From assembly GCF_009914755.1 (NCBI RefSeq), contig NC_060927.1: DNA of 64,000 bases; one strand, given 5' to 3'. Below, one piece after another: positions 26,711-41,220 of the stretch. The position numbers and the translations under genes are program-made. Source of the DNA: the human T2T-CHM13v2.0 reference genome, Homo sapiens. Each line of letters begins with the position of its first letter. Within the stretch, counting starts at the first letter, position 1. The notes under the pieces are model-generated. The model saw only the letters and a list, made by a program, of their open reading frames with translations. It ran no database searches and had not been told where the DNA came from.

Positions 26711-29200
26711 AAGTTAGTGATAATACCTAGTTAATTTTTTTTAAGTAAGTATGAAAGAGAGCCTATCCTGGAAAATTTTAGCATCAGTTTAAAAATCTGA
26801 TTTCCATAAATTTCAGCTTTCTCATACTTTTAAATTTTAACTATTTTTTCTTTGTGGTGGTTGTTAAATATTTTATTTCTGCCAGTCTGCTTTTTTCAAT
26901 CCCTTTGTCAAGAGCTGAGCTGTGCTGAGGAGAACTAAGCTGCCTATTGTATGATTAGTTAATTGAAACAACAAACCAAAACCAAAGTAACAAGCAAGTC
27001 TTTATCTCTTACTCTGATTCCATAAGCAAGAGGCTAAATCAAAGAAAGTGCTGATGTCCCCGCTGTTTCATTTTACCCTGTGAAGCAAGGTCAGGTGGAT
27101 CAGCACAGATGTGGAGCTCTGGTGGCCATGGAGAAGCAGAGAGGAGAGGGCTGGGACTAGAAAAGTACTGAGCAGTGAGTCAGAGTAGAGAAAAGTGTCT
27201 TACGGGTCTTTATTCCACCCCTCTCCCCCATAAGGAAGATTCTGCAGATATCTCCAGAGAAGGAATGCAGAATGCAGACAGGCATAAGAGCCTGGGCTCC
27301 AGGGGCCCCAGAGTCCTTGCCTGAAACTCCCTTCAGACACTGCCTTGCAAAACCTGTGAACAAAATATGGCGTGCGGAGGGCAGTTTTGCTCTATGTAAG
27401 ATCTGCCAGTAAACCTAGCATAATTTCCTATGATTGAGCCTGAAAATCACATGTAGCATCTTGGCCAGGAACCAGGCCCCTCACTTATTTGCCTAAGTTG
27501 CCTCTATTGTTTTTAAAATGTGATGTTAAATCACTTTAATAATTGGATTAAATAATTCCTGTGGGACCATGTAAAGACACTTATGAACTAGGGACTACTC
27601 CAGGACACTCAGAAATGGAAGAAAGAGAGGAAAAGGGACAAAGCTTTCACAGAGTGGAAAGGCAGACAGTGCAGGCTGGTGAAAACCAAAATGAGCTGAT
27701 TTCAAACAGAAATTTTTCATCAAAATATTTAGGTTTAGAAGCTCTAAGTTAAAATGTACACTTGTCCTATATATACCAAAGACTAAAAGATATAAAGTGT
27801 TCTAACTGATGAAGAATTTTATTTCAAACATCTAAAGCAACATATTCAAACTTGGTATAACGTACTGTTAAACATCAGACAGTTGTGGACTTAGGAAAAA
27901 TATTCTATCAGTCAACTTGGTTTCTGACTCATATACAGGGTGTTAATAATAATCTTCATTAGTAGAACTTCTCACACTAGCATTGGTTACAAATATACGT
28001 AATGTGAATCAGATGATTACTTTTCCCCCAAGGGAATGTGAATGCTACAGAAATGCATTTTCTTACAGCTGACAATCTTTCACAGAATCCTGATATTTTG
28101 CTGAGTGTTCAGAATACTTTATGAGAGGACCAAAAAGTAGAAAATGCCACACATATGGTATCTCAATATGAGATTCAGATTGCGTATCAGATAATGTAAA
28201 ATACATGTCAATTAAATAATTTTATTTTATTTCTGTTGCTTAGTTTCTGGGTCCTAGCAGATGATGCTCTAATAAGATTGACTCAGTCATTATACAGAAG
28301 TCTTATATTTTATATTCTTCAACAAATACCAGTCAGCACATATATGGTATCAAGGATCAAGAAGTCCAGTGCAGAATTGACAAAGTTACATAACCGGTTT
28401 ATTTTTCCTTAAATATTCTCTTAAAATTATCCATTCACTCTATTTTTAATATAAACCTTAATTGCTCGTGCATACATTTTGCCTTGTATTCAAGAAAATT
28501 ATTCTTTAAGTTTTATTATTGTTATTAAAACATGTCAAAGAGTTGTTGAGTTTTAATAAAGACCCAACACTAAGAACAAAATAAAATATCTGTATAAATT
28601 TCAAGCAACCATTATTATACTCACACTTTTGAAGAAATTAAAAATAAATTATCAAAGTTAAATTTAAAACATATCCACAAACACAAACAATATTTTGTTG
28701 ATATTTCACATTATACAATTTTTTCTCTTTTTCCAAATATTCCTGACATACTGCACTCCTGTTGCATAATTTTTGATAATAAACATTAGGATTTTGGTGG
28801 CCTAAATATAATGGCATTGAGTATGTTATAAATAAGTTAAAATATTGCAATAATAAATAAGTCAGGATATAAACATATTTGGAATCATGAAAATGAAATT
28901 GTTAGATGAGGACGGCAATGATAAGTCTTAGAAGAAACGAACACGATATATAGAAGGAAAGAAATAAAATTATTATATTCTATTTAAGCATCATTAAAGA
29001 TGTTAATTATCAACACAGAGCTGCCCAATGCCCCTTTAAAAAGTTATTTTTGTTCAGCCTATTATAGAACAAACATACAAAAGATTAAATTAACAGAGTG
29101 TTCAATGTATGTATATAACCTAGGGAATAACTTGGAAAACATGCAAAATGAAAATAGTTATCCTTTATTATGGCATGACAGAAGCTGAATATCCTGCAAT

Positions 29201-29393
<193 letters not shown>

Positions 29394-29744
29394 CTGCAAT
29401 GTGTTTTTATGTGTATATTATAATTTTATTTTTATGTTAATTTCTATAAAATTAATTGCTGTGGTAGGAAGGTGTGTGTGAACATGTTTGTGTGCCTCTG
29501 TGTTGCATTTATGTAAATCAGTGTATTATTTTTTCTTTTGGAAACTTTTTTTTAAATTTGTAAATTACACTTTTTGACAATGTATCTATACATTTCATAC
29601 CATTTTTATAGCCTAGTTAAAAAAAGGCAGCATCTTTATTGTTTTTGTTTAGAATATATGAATTCTTTATACAATTTAATTTCATTCTTCATGGTATTAT
29701 CTTGGGTACAATATTTTAAAACTATGACCTATGAATAAATTAAT

Positions 29745-32700
29745 AAATTATGAAGATGTAATTATTTGCGGCACTGCTACTGCTGCCAGCAGGAATGTGC
29801 ATGCTAAGGGTACCAGCCCTGCACCTGCCAGTGCCCTGCCGCTGTGCCAACACTGCTGCTGTCATAAATGTGCACACAGACTTGGGAAGTCCTGCATTGC
29901 CTGCACCACACCACCACTGCCACTGCTGTAAATGCCTGCATGGAGGCTGGCAGCCCTGTGTCTAATAGCATGCTGTCAGCCAATGAGCATACACCCTGCC
30001 ACACTGCCAGCTCGGCTGGCATGTGCTAATGAGCATGGATCCTGCTGTCACCACCTAATGAAGTACTTTGGCTGGCACTACCTATCGGCGTATTGTGACC
30101 AGTGGTCTGGGAACAGCTTGGCCTCTGCAGCATAGCAGGTTTCTATCTTAAAGTGGCCAGTGATTTTTAACAAAGCCAAAGTCTTGGTACCAACCCCCAG
30201 AATTAGAGCATGCAGCCCAAGAATCCTAAGCTGAGCCTTTGCCGTCTAAAATCTTCCAGAAATGAAGCCAGGTGACTGAACTCACCCTATACCACAATCA
30301 AACCCCCAAAGACATCAAAAGGATGTATTTTTGACGTGGAAATAAAAGACTGTTACTAGCCACCACAAAAACAAAAAACAAACAAACAAACAAACAAAAA
30401 ACACTTATGTAAAAGACCAGTGACACTATAAAGCAACCACACAATTATGTCTGCAAAATAACCAGCTAACAACATCATGACAGGATGAAATCTGCACAAA
30501 TCTTGAATGTAAGGTGCTTCAGCCAAGCACCTTAAAGAGTGCAGGAGCATCAGGCCATGAAGATGAGAAAGATCCAGAGAAAGAACACTATCAATTCAGG
30601 AAGCCAGAGTGTCTCCTCACCTTCAAAAGACCACACTAGTTTCACAGTAATGGTTCTTAATCAGGCTGAAATGCTTCAAATGATAGAAATAAAATTCAGA
30701 GTATGAATAGGAATAAAGATTATCAAAATTCAGGAGAAAAGCAAAAACCAAGTCAAGGATTTTACGAAATCCAATTAAATAATACAGGAGACAAAAGATG
30801 AAATGGTTATTTTTTAAAAAAGAACAATTCTGTTCTGGTAGAACTGAGAAGTTACCTCAATAATTTTTGAATACGATCGCAGGTATTATCAGTAGAATTG
30901 GACAAGCTGAGGACAGAATCTCAGAGTTCAAAGACTGCCTCTCTGAAATAACTCTGTCAAACAAAAATAAATTAAGAAAACTATAAAGTAGTGAACAAAA
31001 CTTTTGAGAAAAATGGCATAATGTAAAGATACCAAATATATTACTCACTGACATCCCTGAAAGAATGGGGGAGAAAGCAAGCAATTTGGAAAGGATATTT
31101 CAGGATATTGGCCATGATATTCCCTCAACCTCGCTAGAAAGGACAACGTTCAAATTCAGGAAATGCATAGAACCTCTGCAAAATGCTTCAAAAGAAGACC
31201 ACCCTCAAGACAAATAATTATCAGGTTCTCCAATGTGAAGATGAAAGAAAAAAAAGTAAAAGAAAAACATTTAAAAGCTAGAGAGAAGGAGCAGATCACC
31301 AACAAAGGGAACCTCATTTGGCTAACAGCAAACCTTTCAGCAGAAACACTATAGGCCAGAAGGGACTGGGGGGCCTATATTCAGCATTTTTAAAGAAAAT
31401 AATTTCCAAACAAGAATTTCATATCCAGCCAAACTAAACTTCAAAACTGAAAGAGAAATAAGATCCTTTTCAGACAAACAAATGCAAAGGGAATTCATTA
31501 CCACCAGACCTGCCTTATGGGAGGTCCTGAATGGAGTGCTAAACATGGAAATAAAAAGCTGTTAGTAGCTACCACAAAAAAAACACACTTAAGTACATAG
31601 ACCAGTGACACTATAAAGCAACCACACAATTACGTCTGTCTAATACCAACTAACAACAGGATGACAGGATCAAATCTGCACATATGAATAGTAACCATGA
31701 ATGTAAGAGGGCTAAATGCCCCCAATTAAAAGGCACAGAGTGTCCAGTTGAAGAAAGAAGCAAAATCTGTATGCTGTATGCCATCTCCAAGAAATCCATC
31801 TTAAATGCAATGACACCAATAGGCTCAAAGTAAAGGGATGGAGAAAAATCTACCAAGCAAATGGCAAACAGAAAAAAAGCAGGGGTTGATACTCTAATTC
31901 AGAAAAAAAAAATGGACTTTAAACAATGATAAAAAACACAAAGGAGGTCATTACATAACAGTAAAGGGCTCACTTCAACAAGACTTAACTATAATAAATA
32001 TAGAAACATCCAACACAGGATCACCCAGATTAATAAAACAAGTTCCTGGATTAATAAAGCAAGTCTAAGAGACTTAGATAACCATACAATAATTCAGGGA
32101 GACTTCAATACCCTACTAAAAGTGTTAGATAGATCGTCAAGGCAGAAAACTAAAAGAGGTATTTGGGACCTGAACTCAACCTTCAACAAAATGGATCTAA
32201 TAGACATCTGAAGAACTCTCCACCCAAAACAAGAGAATGTACATTCTTCTATTCTTCACATGGCACATACTCCATTATCAACCACATGGTCAGACATGAA
32301 ACATTCCTCATCAAATTCAAAGAAACTGAAATCATACCAACCACACCCTCAGACCACAGTGCAATACAAATAGAAATCAAAGCTACAAATGTCTCTTAAA
32401 ACCACACAATTACAAGGAAACTAAACCACCTGTTTCTGAATGACTTCTAGGTAAATAATGAAATTAAGGCAGAAATCAAGACATTCTTTGACACTAATGA
32501 GAACAAAGATATAATATATCATAATCTTTGAGCACAGATAAAGCAATATTAGAAGAAAAGTTTATAATCCAAAACAACCACATCAAAAAGTTAGAGAGAC
32601 AATTAACAACTCAACATAACAACTAGAGGAACTAGAGAAACAAGAGCAACCCAACCCCAAAGTCAGCAAAAGACAAGAAATAACCAAAATTAGAGCTGAA

Positions 32701-35668
32701 TTAAAGAAAATTGTCATGAGAAAAACCATAAAAAATGTTTCTAGGAGTTGGTTTTTTGAAAGAATGAATAAGATTGATATACCACTTCACTAAACTAATA
32801 TAAAAGAGAGAAGATACAAATAAAAACAATCAGAAATGATAAAGAGTATACCTGATTCAGTAGAAATTAAAAAAAAAAACTCTTAGAGACTATTATGAAG
32901 ACCTCTATGCAAACAAACTAGAAAATATAGAAGGAATTGATAAATTATTAGAAACATATAACCTCCTAAGATTGAACCAGGAAGAACAGAAACCTTGAAC
33001 ACACTATTAATGCATTCTGAAATCGAATCAGTAATAAAAAGCCTATCAACCAGAAAAGTCCAGGACCAGACAGATTCACAGGCAAATTCTACCAGACATA
33101 TAGAGAAGAGCTGATATCATTTCTACTGAGACTCCTCCAAAATGTGAGAAGAAAGGACTGCTCCCTAACTCATTCCATGAGGCCAGCATCATCCTGATAC
33201 CAAAACATGGTAGAGACACACAAGAAAAGAACACATCAGGCCAATGTTCTTGATGGATATAGATGCAAAGATCCTCAATAAAATACTGGCAAGCCAAATC
33301 CAGCAGCACGTCGAAAAGCTTATCTACCATGACTGAGTAGGCTTTATTCCTGGGAAGCAAGGTTGCTTCAAATAGGCAAGTTAATAAATGTGATTCACCA
33401 CATAAACATATCTAATAGCAAAAACCACACGATCATCTCAATAGATGCAGAAAACGCTTTCAATAAAATATAACATAGCTTTATGTAAATACCCTCAACA
33501 AATGAGGCATTGGTGGAACCTACCTCAAAATAATAAGTCATCTATGAAAACTCACAGCAAATATCACACAGAATGGGCAACAACTGGCAGCATTCTTGAA
33601 AACTGGAACAAGACAGTGATATCCTGTCTCACCACTCCTATTCAACATAGTACTGAAAGTCCCAGCCAGAGCAATCAGGAAAGAAATAGAAATAAAAAAC
33701 ATCCAAATAGGAAGAAATGAAGCCAAACTATCCTTATTTGCAGACAATATGATTCTATACCTAGAAAACTTCATGGTGTCTACTTATAAGCTAGTTGATG
33801 TGATAAAGTACTTCAGCAAAGTTTCAGGATACAAAAGCAATGCACAAAATCAGTAGCATTTCTATACACCAACAATATATCCAAGCAGAGAGTCAAGTCA
33901 AGAACACAATCCCATTACTAATAGCCACCAAAAACAAAAAAAAGAATAAAATACCTGGGAATACATCTAACCAGGGAGGTTAAAGATCTCATGAACAAGA
34001 ATTACAAAACATTGCTGTATGAAATCATACATGAAAGAAACAAATGGGAAAACATTCCATGCTCATAGTTAGGAAAAGTAAATATTGTTAAAATGATCAT
34101 ACTGTCCAAAGCAATTTACAAATTCAATGCTATTTTTAGCAAACTACCAGTGACACTCTTCACAGAATTAGAAAAACTATTTTAAAATTCATATGGAACT
34201 AAAAAAGAACCCAAATAGCAAAGGCAATTCTAAGCAAAAAGAACAAAGCTGAGGCATCACATTACCCAACTTCAAAATATACTGCAAGGCTATGATAACC
34301 AAAACAGCATGTTACTGATACAAAAACAGATACGTAGACCAATGGAACAAAACAGAGAGATGGAAAATAAGGCCATACACCTGCAACCATCTGATCTTTG
34401 ATAAAATTGACCAAAACAAGCAATGGGGAAAGGATGCTACTGGTTAAACTGGCTATCCATTCCCCGAAAATTGAAACTGGACCCTTTCTTTATACCAGAT
34501 ACAAATATCAACTAAAGATGAATTAAAGACTTAAATGTAGAACCTAAAAGTATGAAAACTCTAAAAGAAACCTATGAAATACCATTCTGAACATAGGAAC
34601 TGGTGAAGATCTCATGATGAAGATGCCAAAAGCAATCTCAAGAAAAACAAAAAAATAACAAATAGGACCTAATTGAATTAAATAACTTCTGCACAGAAAA
34701 ATAAACTATCAACAAAGTAAAGAGACGATCCACAGAAACGGAGAAAATATTTGCAAGCTATACATCCAACAAAGGTCTAATAACCAAAATCTATATGAAA
34801 CTTAAACAAATTTATAAGCAAAAAACAAATATCCCCATTAAAAAGTGTTCAAAGTACATGAACAGACACTTTTCAAAAGAAGGCATACAGGAAGCCAACA
34901 AACATGAAAAACAATTCAACAAAACTTATCATTAGAGAAATGCAAATCAAAACCACACTGAGATACCATCTCCCGCCAGTCAGATGGCTATTATTAAATA
35001 GTCAAAAAAATAACAGAAGCTGGTGAGGTTGCAAAGAAAAGGTAATGCTTAAACATGACTGGAGGGAATGTAAATTAGTTCAGCCATTATGGAAAGTTTG
35101 TAAATTTCTCAAGGAGCATAGCAGAATTACCATGCAACCCACCAATTTCATTATTGGGTATATACCTAGAGGAATATAAACTGTTCTACCGCAAAGACTC
35201 ATGCACACATATGTTCATTGCTGCACCATTCCCAAAAGCAAAGACATAGAATCAACCTAGATGCACATCAGTGGTGGACTGGATGAAGAAAATGTGTACA
35301 TATACACCAAAGAATACCATGCAGCCATAAAAAATAATGAGATGATGTCATTTGCAGCAACATGGATGGAGCTGGAGAACAGTAATTGAATCAAACTAAA
35401 ATATGAACAGAAAATGAAATACTGCATGTTCTCACTTATAAGTGGAAGCTAAACATTGAACACATATGGATACAAAGAAGAGAACAGACACCAGGGCCCA
35501 CTTGAGGATAGTGGGTGGAGGAAAGAGGTTGAGGATAAAAAAAGTACCTATTGGGTACTATGTTGCTTACCCAGGTGATGAATTAACCTGTACACCAAAC
35601 TCCTGCAATGCAAAATTTACCTATATAACAAATCTGCATATATATCCCTAAAATAAAAGTAAAAACAA
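29745..35668 (+). mobile_element. L1PA16-like LINE-1, near full length (truncated within 5' UTR), ORFs disrupted
   Basis: GC-rich 5' UTR, ORF1 from ~30563, ORF2 from ~31661, TTTGCAGACAATATG (decayed FADD) ~33740, 3' UTR AAAGTACCTATTGGGTACTATG; 12-bp TSD GAATAAATTAAT (29733-29744, 35669-35680). Confidence 0.92.
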
Positions 35669-37203
35669 GAATAAATTAATGTTTTAAATTTTAAAAATGT
35701 GCATATTTAATGACTCTTACTCTTCTATTAATAGGTTAAACTTATAAGAATTGAACATATTCTCCTGAAACTAGAAATCATCATGTTGGCTTGTTAGTGT
35801 TTTGTAATAGATGTTGTTGCAACCGTATTTTCATGCCATTTATTAAATTAAAAGGTAGACCATAAAATAATAGGACAATAATTTATTCAGGATTGCATTT
35901 AAACACTAGAAATTACACAGTTGTAACAAAAGATAGTTATTACGGATTTCTTACAAAATACCTTCTTAAGCCACTATAATAAATATTCATTTTCTCTTTT
36001 AAAACATGCAAAAGGAAAATATTAACAAAACTTATGGTTCAACATGTATTATTTTAATATATTGATAATACTTTAAAGCAATCTTAAACCATAGTAAGGG
36101 TAATTGATATTAACATATATACTAATTATTTTGTGTAAGTTATAGAAATTGCATAAATAAGTTTGTTGGAGAAAGTCAAACGGCAATGTATGTTAACCTT
36201 TCTGCAAAGAAGTGATTGATTTATTAAATAGCAGTAAATAACAGCTTAATTGAGGTATAACTAACATTCAATAATATACATTACATATAAATTGTATAAG
36301 TTGTTAAGTTTTTACTTATGAGATGAAATCATTACTGCAACCAAGATAGTGAACTTATCCATCACCCCTAGAAGCTTTTGTATGCCCATTTGTAATCATC
36401 CACCTTCTTTTTGTTTCTTTTTTTAACATGCAAGTATTGATGTGCGCTCTGTGGCTATAAAATAATGCGCATTTTTAGAGATTTATATCAATGGAATTAA
36501 ACAAAAATGAACATCTTTTGGTTTAGCTTTTATTCTCAGCATAATTTTTTGAAGAGTAGAATTCATTATTTGAATATACAAAAACTATTTTTTGAATCAA
36601 CTTGTTGATGGACATTTGAATTATTTCCAGGTTTGGCTATTACCATGAAGTTTCTATAGACACTCATGTATAAGTCCTTGCATAGATATATGTATAGTTT
36701 TCCCTTGAGTAAATACCTGGAAGTGAAATAAATGTATTATAACATAGGTATATGTTTAACTTTTAAAAAATGTAAAAGTATATCATTGTGGTTTTATTTC
36801 TCATTTTTCTCATAACAACTATGATATTGAGCATCTTCTTATGAGATGCTATACCATCCATATATTTCCTTGGTAAAGTGTTTGTTCAAATATGTTTCTC
36901 ATTTTTAAGAATTTTTAAATTTTGTTTTATTGTCACATGTAAAGGTTTTGGATAAGATATGTTATATATGAAAGGTTCTAATCACATGTAGGTTTTGCAT
37001 ATATTTTCCTCCCCACTCAAGCTTGTCTTTTTATTTAATCACTTTTATTACTAGTGTTGAAGAGCAGAGATTTTTAATTTTGATAAAGGTTTTTTTTTAT
37101 GAAATCTACTTTTTACGTAAGAAATAGATACAACCTAGTGAACCTAAGTTTTTTAAATCTGGGCTTATATTTAAGTCTAATCCATTTTAAGTTAATTTTT
37201 ATA

Positions 37204-38298
37204 CAGTCATGCATCACTTAATGATGGGGATGTGTATTAAGAAATGCATCATTAGGTGATTTCATAACTCTGTGGACATTATAGAATGTATTTACACAAA
37301 CCTAGGTGGTGTAGGTTACTACACACTTGGGCTATGTGGAATAACCTATTGCTCCTATAAACCTGTACAGCATGCTACTCTACTGAATACTGTAGGCAAT
37401 TGTAACACAATGGTAAGTATTTGTGTATCTCAACATACTTAAACATAGAAAAGGTACATTAAAAATATGATATAAAATATAAAAAAAGGTACATCTGTAT
37501 AGGGGACTTATAATGAATGCAGCTTGCAGGAGTGGAAGCTGCTCTGAATGAGTCAATGAGGAGTGAATGTAAAGGCACAGGACATCACTGTACATCACTG
37601 TAGACTTTTTAAACATGGGCTTACTTAGGCTACTAATGAAACTGAGTATAAAATGCAAACACATTATACAGCTGTACAAAAATATCATCTTTCTTTATAT
37701 CCTTACTGTATAAGCTTTTTCTGCTTTTAAACTTTTTCTGCTTTCATTTCAACATTTTTTGTTAAAAACTGAGACACAAACACACAAATAAGCCTAGGCC
37801 TCCACAGGGTCAGGATCATCAATATCACTGTCTACCACCTCCACTTCTAATATCACTAGAAAGTCTTTAGGGCCAATAATATGTATGAAGCCATTATCTC
37901 CTATGATAACAATGCCTTCTTCTAGAATATCTGCTAAAGTGCCTGCCTGAAATTATTTTACAGTTATTTTCCTGTCATAAGGAGAAGGAGTGCAGTCTAC
38001 AATAATAAAAAAATATAGTATAGTAAATACATAAACCAGTTAGTTGTATTACCATTATCAAGTATTATGCACTGTACATAATTGTATGTGCTAGATTTTT
38101 AAACAACTGGTAGTGCAGTAGGTTTGTTTACACGAGCATCACCACAAACCTGTGAGGTATGTGATGCACACTGATGTTATGATGGCTACAGTCACTAGGT
38201 TGTGGAAACTTTTCAGCTCCATTAGATTCTTATGAGACCACCATTGTATATGCAATCCATGGCTGACCAAAATGTCTTTATGTGGCACGACACTATGT
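37204..38298 (-). mobile_element. Tigger3b (Golem/MER7) DNA transposon
   Basis: TA-CAGTCATGCATCACTTAATGATGGGGAT terminus; internal CCACAGGGTCAGGATCATCAATATCACTGTC; other end GACCAAAATGTC..ATGTGGCAC. Confidence 0.92.
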
Positions 38299-38429
38299 TG
38301 TACAAGTTTATTTTTTTTTTGTATATGGATACTCAATTTTTCTTGCAACGTTGTTGACAATACTATTTTTCTCCACTGAATTGCCTTGTAGGTTTGTAAA
38401 AAAATAATTTGTCTAAGTCTGTTGAAACA

Positions 38430-38614
38430 GAACAAGGTCTATGTTCTAGTTAACAGTATGATATCAAGGCCAATTTTGTGTTTAAAATATAGCATTACAG
38501 TTATATGAGATGTCACAATTTGGGGGAGCTAGGAGAAAGATTCAAAGTACTTTATGTGCTGTCTTTACAATTTTCTAGAAGTCTATAATTACTTCAAAAT
38601 AAAAATTTAAAAAA
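38430..38614 (+). mobile_element. Short L1MC/ME 3' end fragment
   Basis: GATGTCACAATTTGGGGGAGCT...GTCTATAATTACTTCAAAATAAAAATTTAAAA; flanks AAAAAATAATTTGT/AAAAAACATTTGT. Confidence 0.65.
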
Positions 38615-38819
38615 CATTTGTTTATATATGTTTAGGTATACAACTGGATTCTCTATTATGTTCCATTGAACATTTTTTTTCTGTCTTTATGCCGGTACCA
38701 CAATAATGATTATCATAGCTTTACAAGAGACCTTACAATTATATACAATTAAGCTTCCAACCTTTTAATTATTTTTCAAAGATTTTGTTGTATTCTGGGT
38801 TCTTTGCATTTCTCTTGTA

Positions 38820-38949
38820 TTTTCTTTTCTTTTCTCTTCTTTTCTTTCTCCTCCTTTCTCTTCCTTTCTTTCCTGTCTTTCCTCTTTCCTTTCTTTCTTT
38901 CTTTTTCTTTTCTTTCTTTCTTCTTTTCTTTTCTTTTTTTCCTTTTTTT
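38820..38949. repeat. Pyrimidine-rich (TTTC/TTTTC)n tract, expanded AluJ tail
   Basis: Lies between the Alu 3' end and TSD TGCATTTCT. Confidence 0.9.
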
Positions 38950-39232
38950 GAGACAGGATCTCACTCTGTCATACAGGCTGGAGGACAGTGGCCAGTCATG
39001 GCTCATTGCAGCCTCCAACTTCTGAGCTCAAGAGATCCTTTTGCCTCAGCCTACAAAGTAGCTAGGACTACAGTATGCAACACCATGCCCAGCTAATTTT
39101 TTAATTTTTCATTTGTAGAGACAGAGTCTTGCTATGTTGCCCAGGCTGGTCTCAGACTCCTGGCCTCAAGCAATCCTCCTATTCGGCCTCCCGAAGTATT
39201 GGGATTACAGATGTGAGCCACTGCACCCAGCC
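38950..39232 (-). mobile_element. AluJ (Jo/Jr)
   Basis: GCAGCCTCCAACTTCTGAGCTCAAG and TTGCTATGTTGCCCAGG J-type diagnostics; TSD TGCATTTCT (38805-38813, 39233-39241). Confidence 0.93.
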
Positions 39233-39603
39233 TGCATTTCTATATAAATTTTAGAATCAGCTTTTAAATTTCCATAAGATAGTCTACTAATATTTTGATT
39301 GGGATTACAATTAATTTATAAATCAATTTAGGAAAAACTGAAATCCTAACAACTTTGAGTTTTCTGAGCAGTAAAGCAGTTACATCTCTCCTTTTAGCTA
39401 AATCTTCTCTTAGCAAGAATTTGTAGTTTTCATTGTAATAATCTTAAGCAGCTTAAGTCCAATTTGCCTAGGGGAATTTTCTTAAAGTATTTTTCTAAAA
39501 TAATTCGGATAGAATTATATATTGTATTTTAATAAAATTTTAATCCTTAGTTGCTTGTAGCATATAAAAGGGCATATAATTATTTTATATGAATCTTATA
39601 TAC

Positions 39604-39838
39604 TGCATAGTATTTGCATATAATTTATGCACATTTTCCCATGTACTTTAAATCATCTCTGGATTACTTAAAATATCTAACGCAATGTAAATACTATGTA
39701 AATTGCTGTTGTACTGTATTATGTTTATTTGTATTATTTTTATTGATGTATTATTTTTTATTGTTTCTTCTGAAAACTTTTGATCCTCAACTTGGCAAAT
39801 CTACAGATACAGAATCTGGGAATACAGATAACCAACTG
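39604..39838 (+). mobile_element. MER2 (TcMar-Tigger) 3' part
   Basis: TAGTATTTGCATATAA...TACTTTAAATCATCTCT...CCAACTG-TA. Confidence 0.85.
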
Positions 39839-41016
39839 TATGATATTTTGGTTCTTTTGTTACTCTATTTTTTTATCTCTTCATTTTGTCTTGCTTTGCT
39901 TAGTTTGGGCTTAAGTTACACATCTGTCTTAGTGCCTTAAGTTAGAAGCCGATGTTATTCATTTCAGATCTTTATTTTTTCTAAAACAGATGTTTAATAG
40001 TATACTTTTTCTTATAACTACTGATTCAGCAGCATCACACAAATTTTAATATGTTGTCATTTTTAAAATCTCCATTTAGTTTAAAAATTTGGTTTAAATT
40101 ACTAAATACTTAATAATTTATCATTTTTGACCATAAGATATTTAGAATTTAATTAATTTAACATTAAATTACCAAATATTTGAGGCTTAAAAAATTAATG
40201 GAATTCTATTTTAATTTCATTTTGATCAGAGAGCATAAATTGACTTTAATTATATTACATTGACTTGTTTTATGACCCAAATATGGGTTATCCTGATAAA
40301 TATTGTATATGGATTTGAAAAGAATATCTATTCTTGTATTATTGGTTAGATAGTTGGTTGATAACGTTTAAATCTATATCCTCACTGATTTTTTGTCTAC
40401 TTGTTCTATCAGTCTTTGAAAGAGAGGTATTGAAATCTTCCATAATAATTTTAGATTTGTCAATTTGTTTTTGTAGTTCTATCAGGTTTTGTTTTATGTA
40501 TTTTGTAGCTCTATTTTCAGCTACATGATCATTTATCATTGTTGTGGTTTCTTGATGAATTGACCCCTCTATCATTATGAAATGGCCTTCTTTATTGCTG
40601 GGAATATTCATTGCTCTGAAACCTATATTTCATGTATTCTTTCTTTTAAAAAATAGTATTTTCTTGACATATTTTTAAAATTCTCTTACTTTTAAACAAA
40701 TGTATTATTTTATTTTAAGTGTTTCTTACAGGTGGCATATAGTTGATTTTTGCTTCTCCATACTATCTGATAATCTGTCCCTTGTAATTTCCATATTTAT
40801 ACCATTTATATTTAGTATGATCATGGATGTGTTTACTTTTAAGTCTATCATTTCAGCATTTGTTTCGTATTTGTCCAACATGTACTTTGTTTCCTTTTTC
40901 TCTTTTCTTGTACTTTCTTTTCCATTTGTATTTTTATGGTTTCATTTTTAATTCTTAGTCCTTTATTAGCTGTTAGGTATAATTCTATATTTTAATAATT
41001 GCCTTAGCGTTTCTAA

Positions 41017-41220
41017 AAGTGATTTTTGATCAGCGGTAATTTTGTACCACCACAGGATATTTGGCTATGTCTGGAGACATGGTTGTCACATACGATAGGA
41101 CATGCTAATAGTGTTAAGTTGGTAGAATTCAGAGATGCTGCCAAATGTCACGCAATACATAAGCCAGCTCCTCATGGTGAAGAATCATTCAGTCAGTAAT
41201 GCTAAGGTTGAGAAACTCTA
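41017..41220 (+). mobile_element. MER20 (hAT-Charlie)
   Basis: TTTGGCTATGTCTGGAGACAT...GGTTGTCACA...AAGGTTGAGAAACTCT. Confidence 0.85.

Noticed and set aside
38776-39096. K/R/E-rich and F/S/L-rich ORFs
   Set aside because: Translations of the (TTTC)n Alu tail
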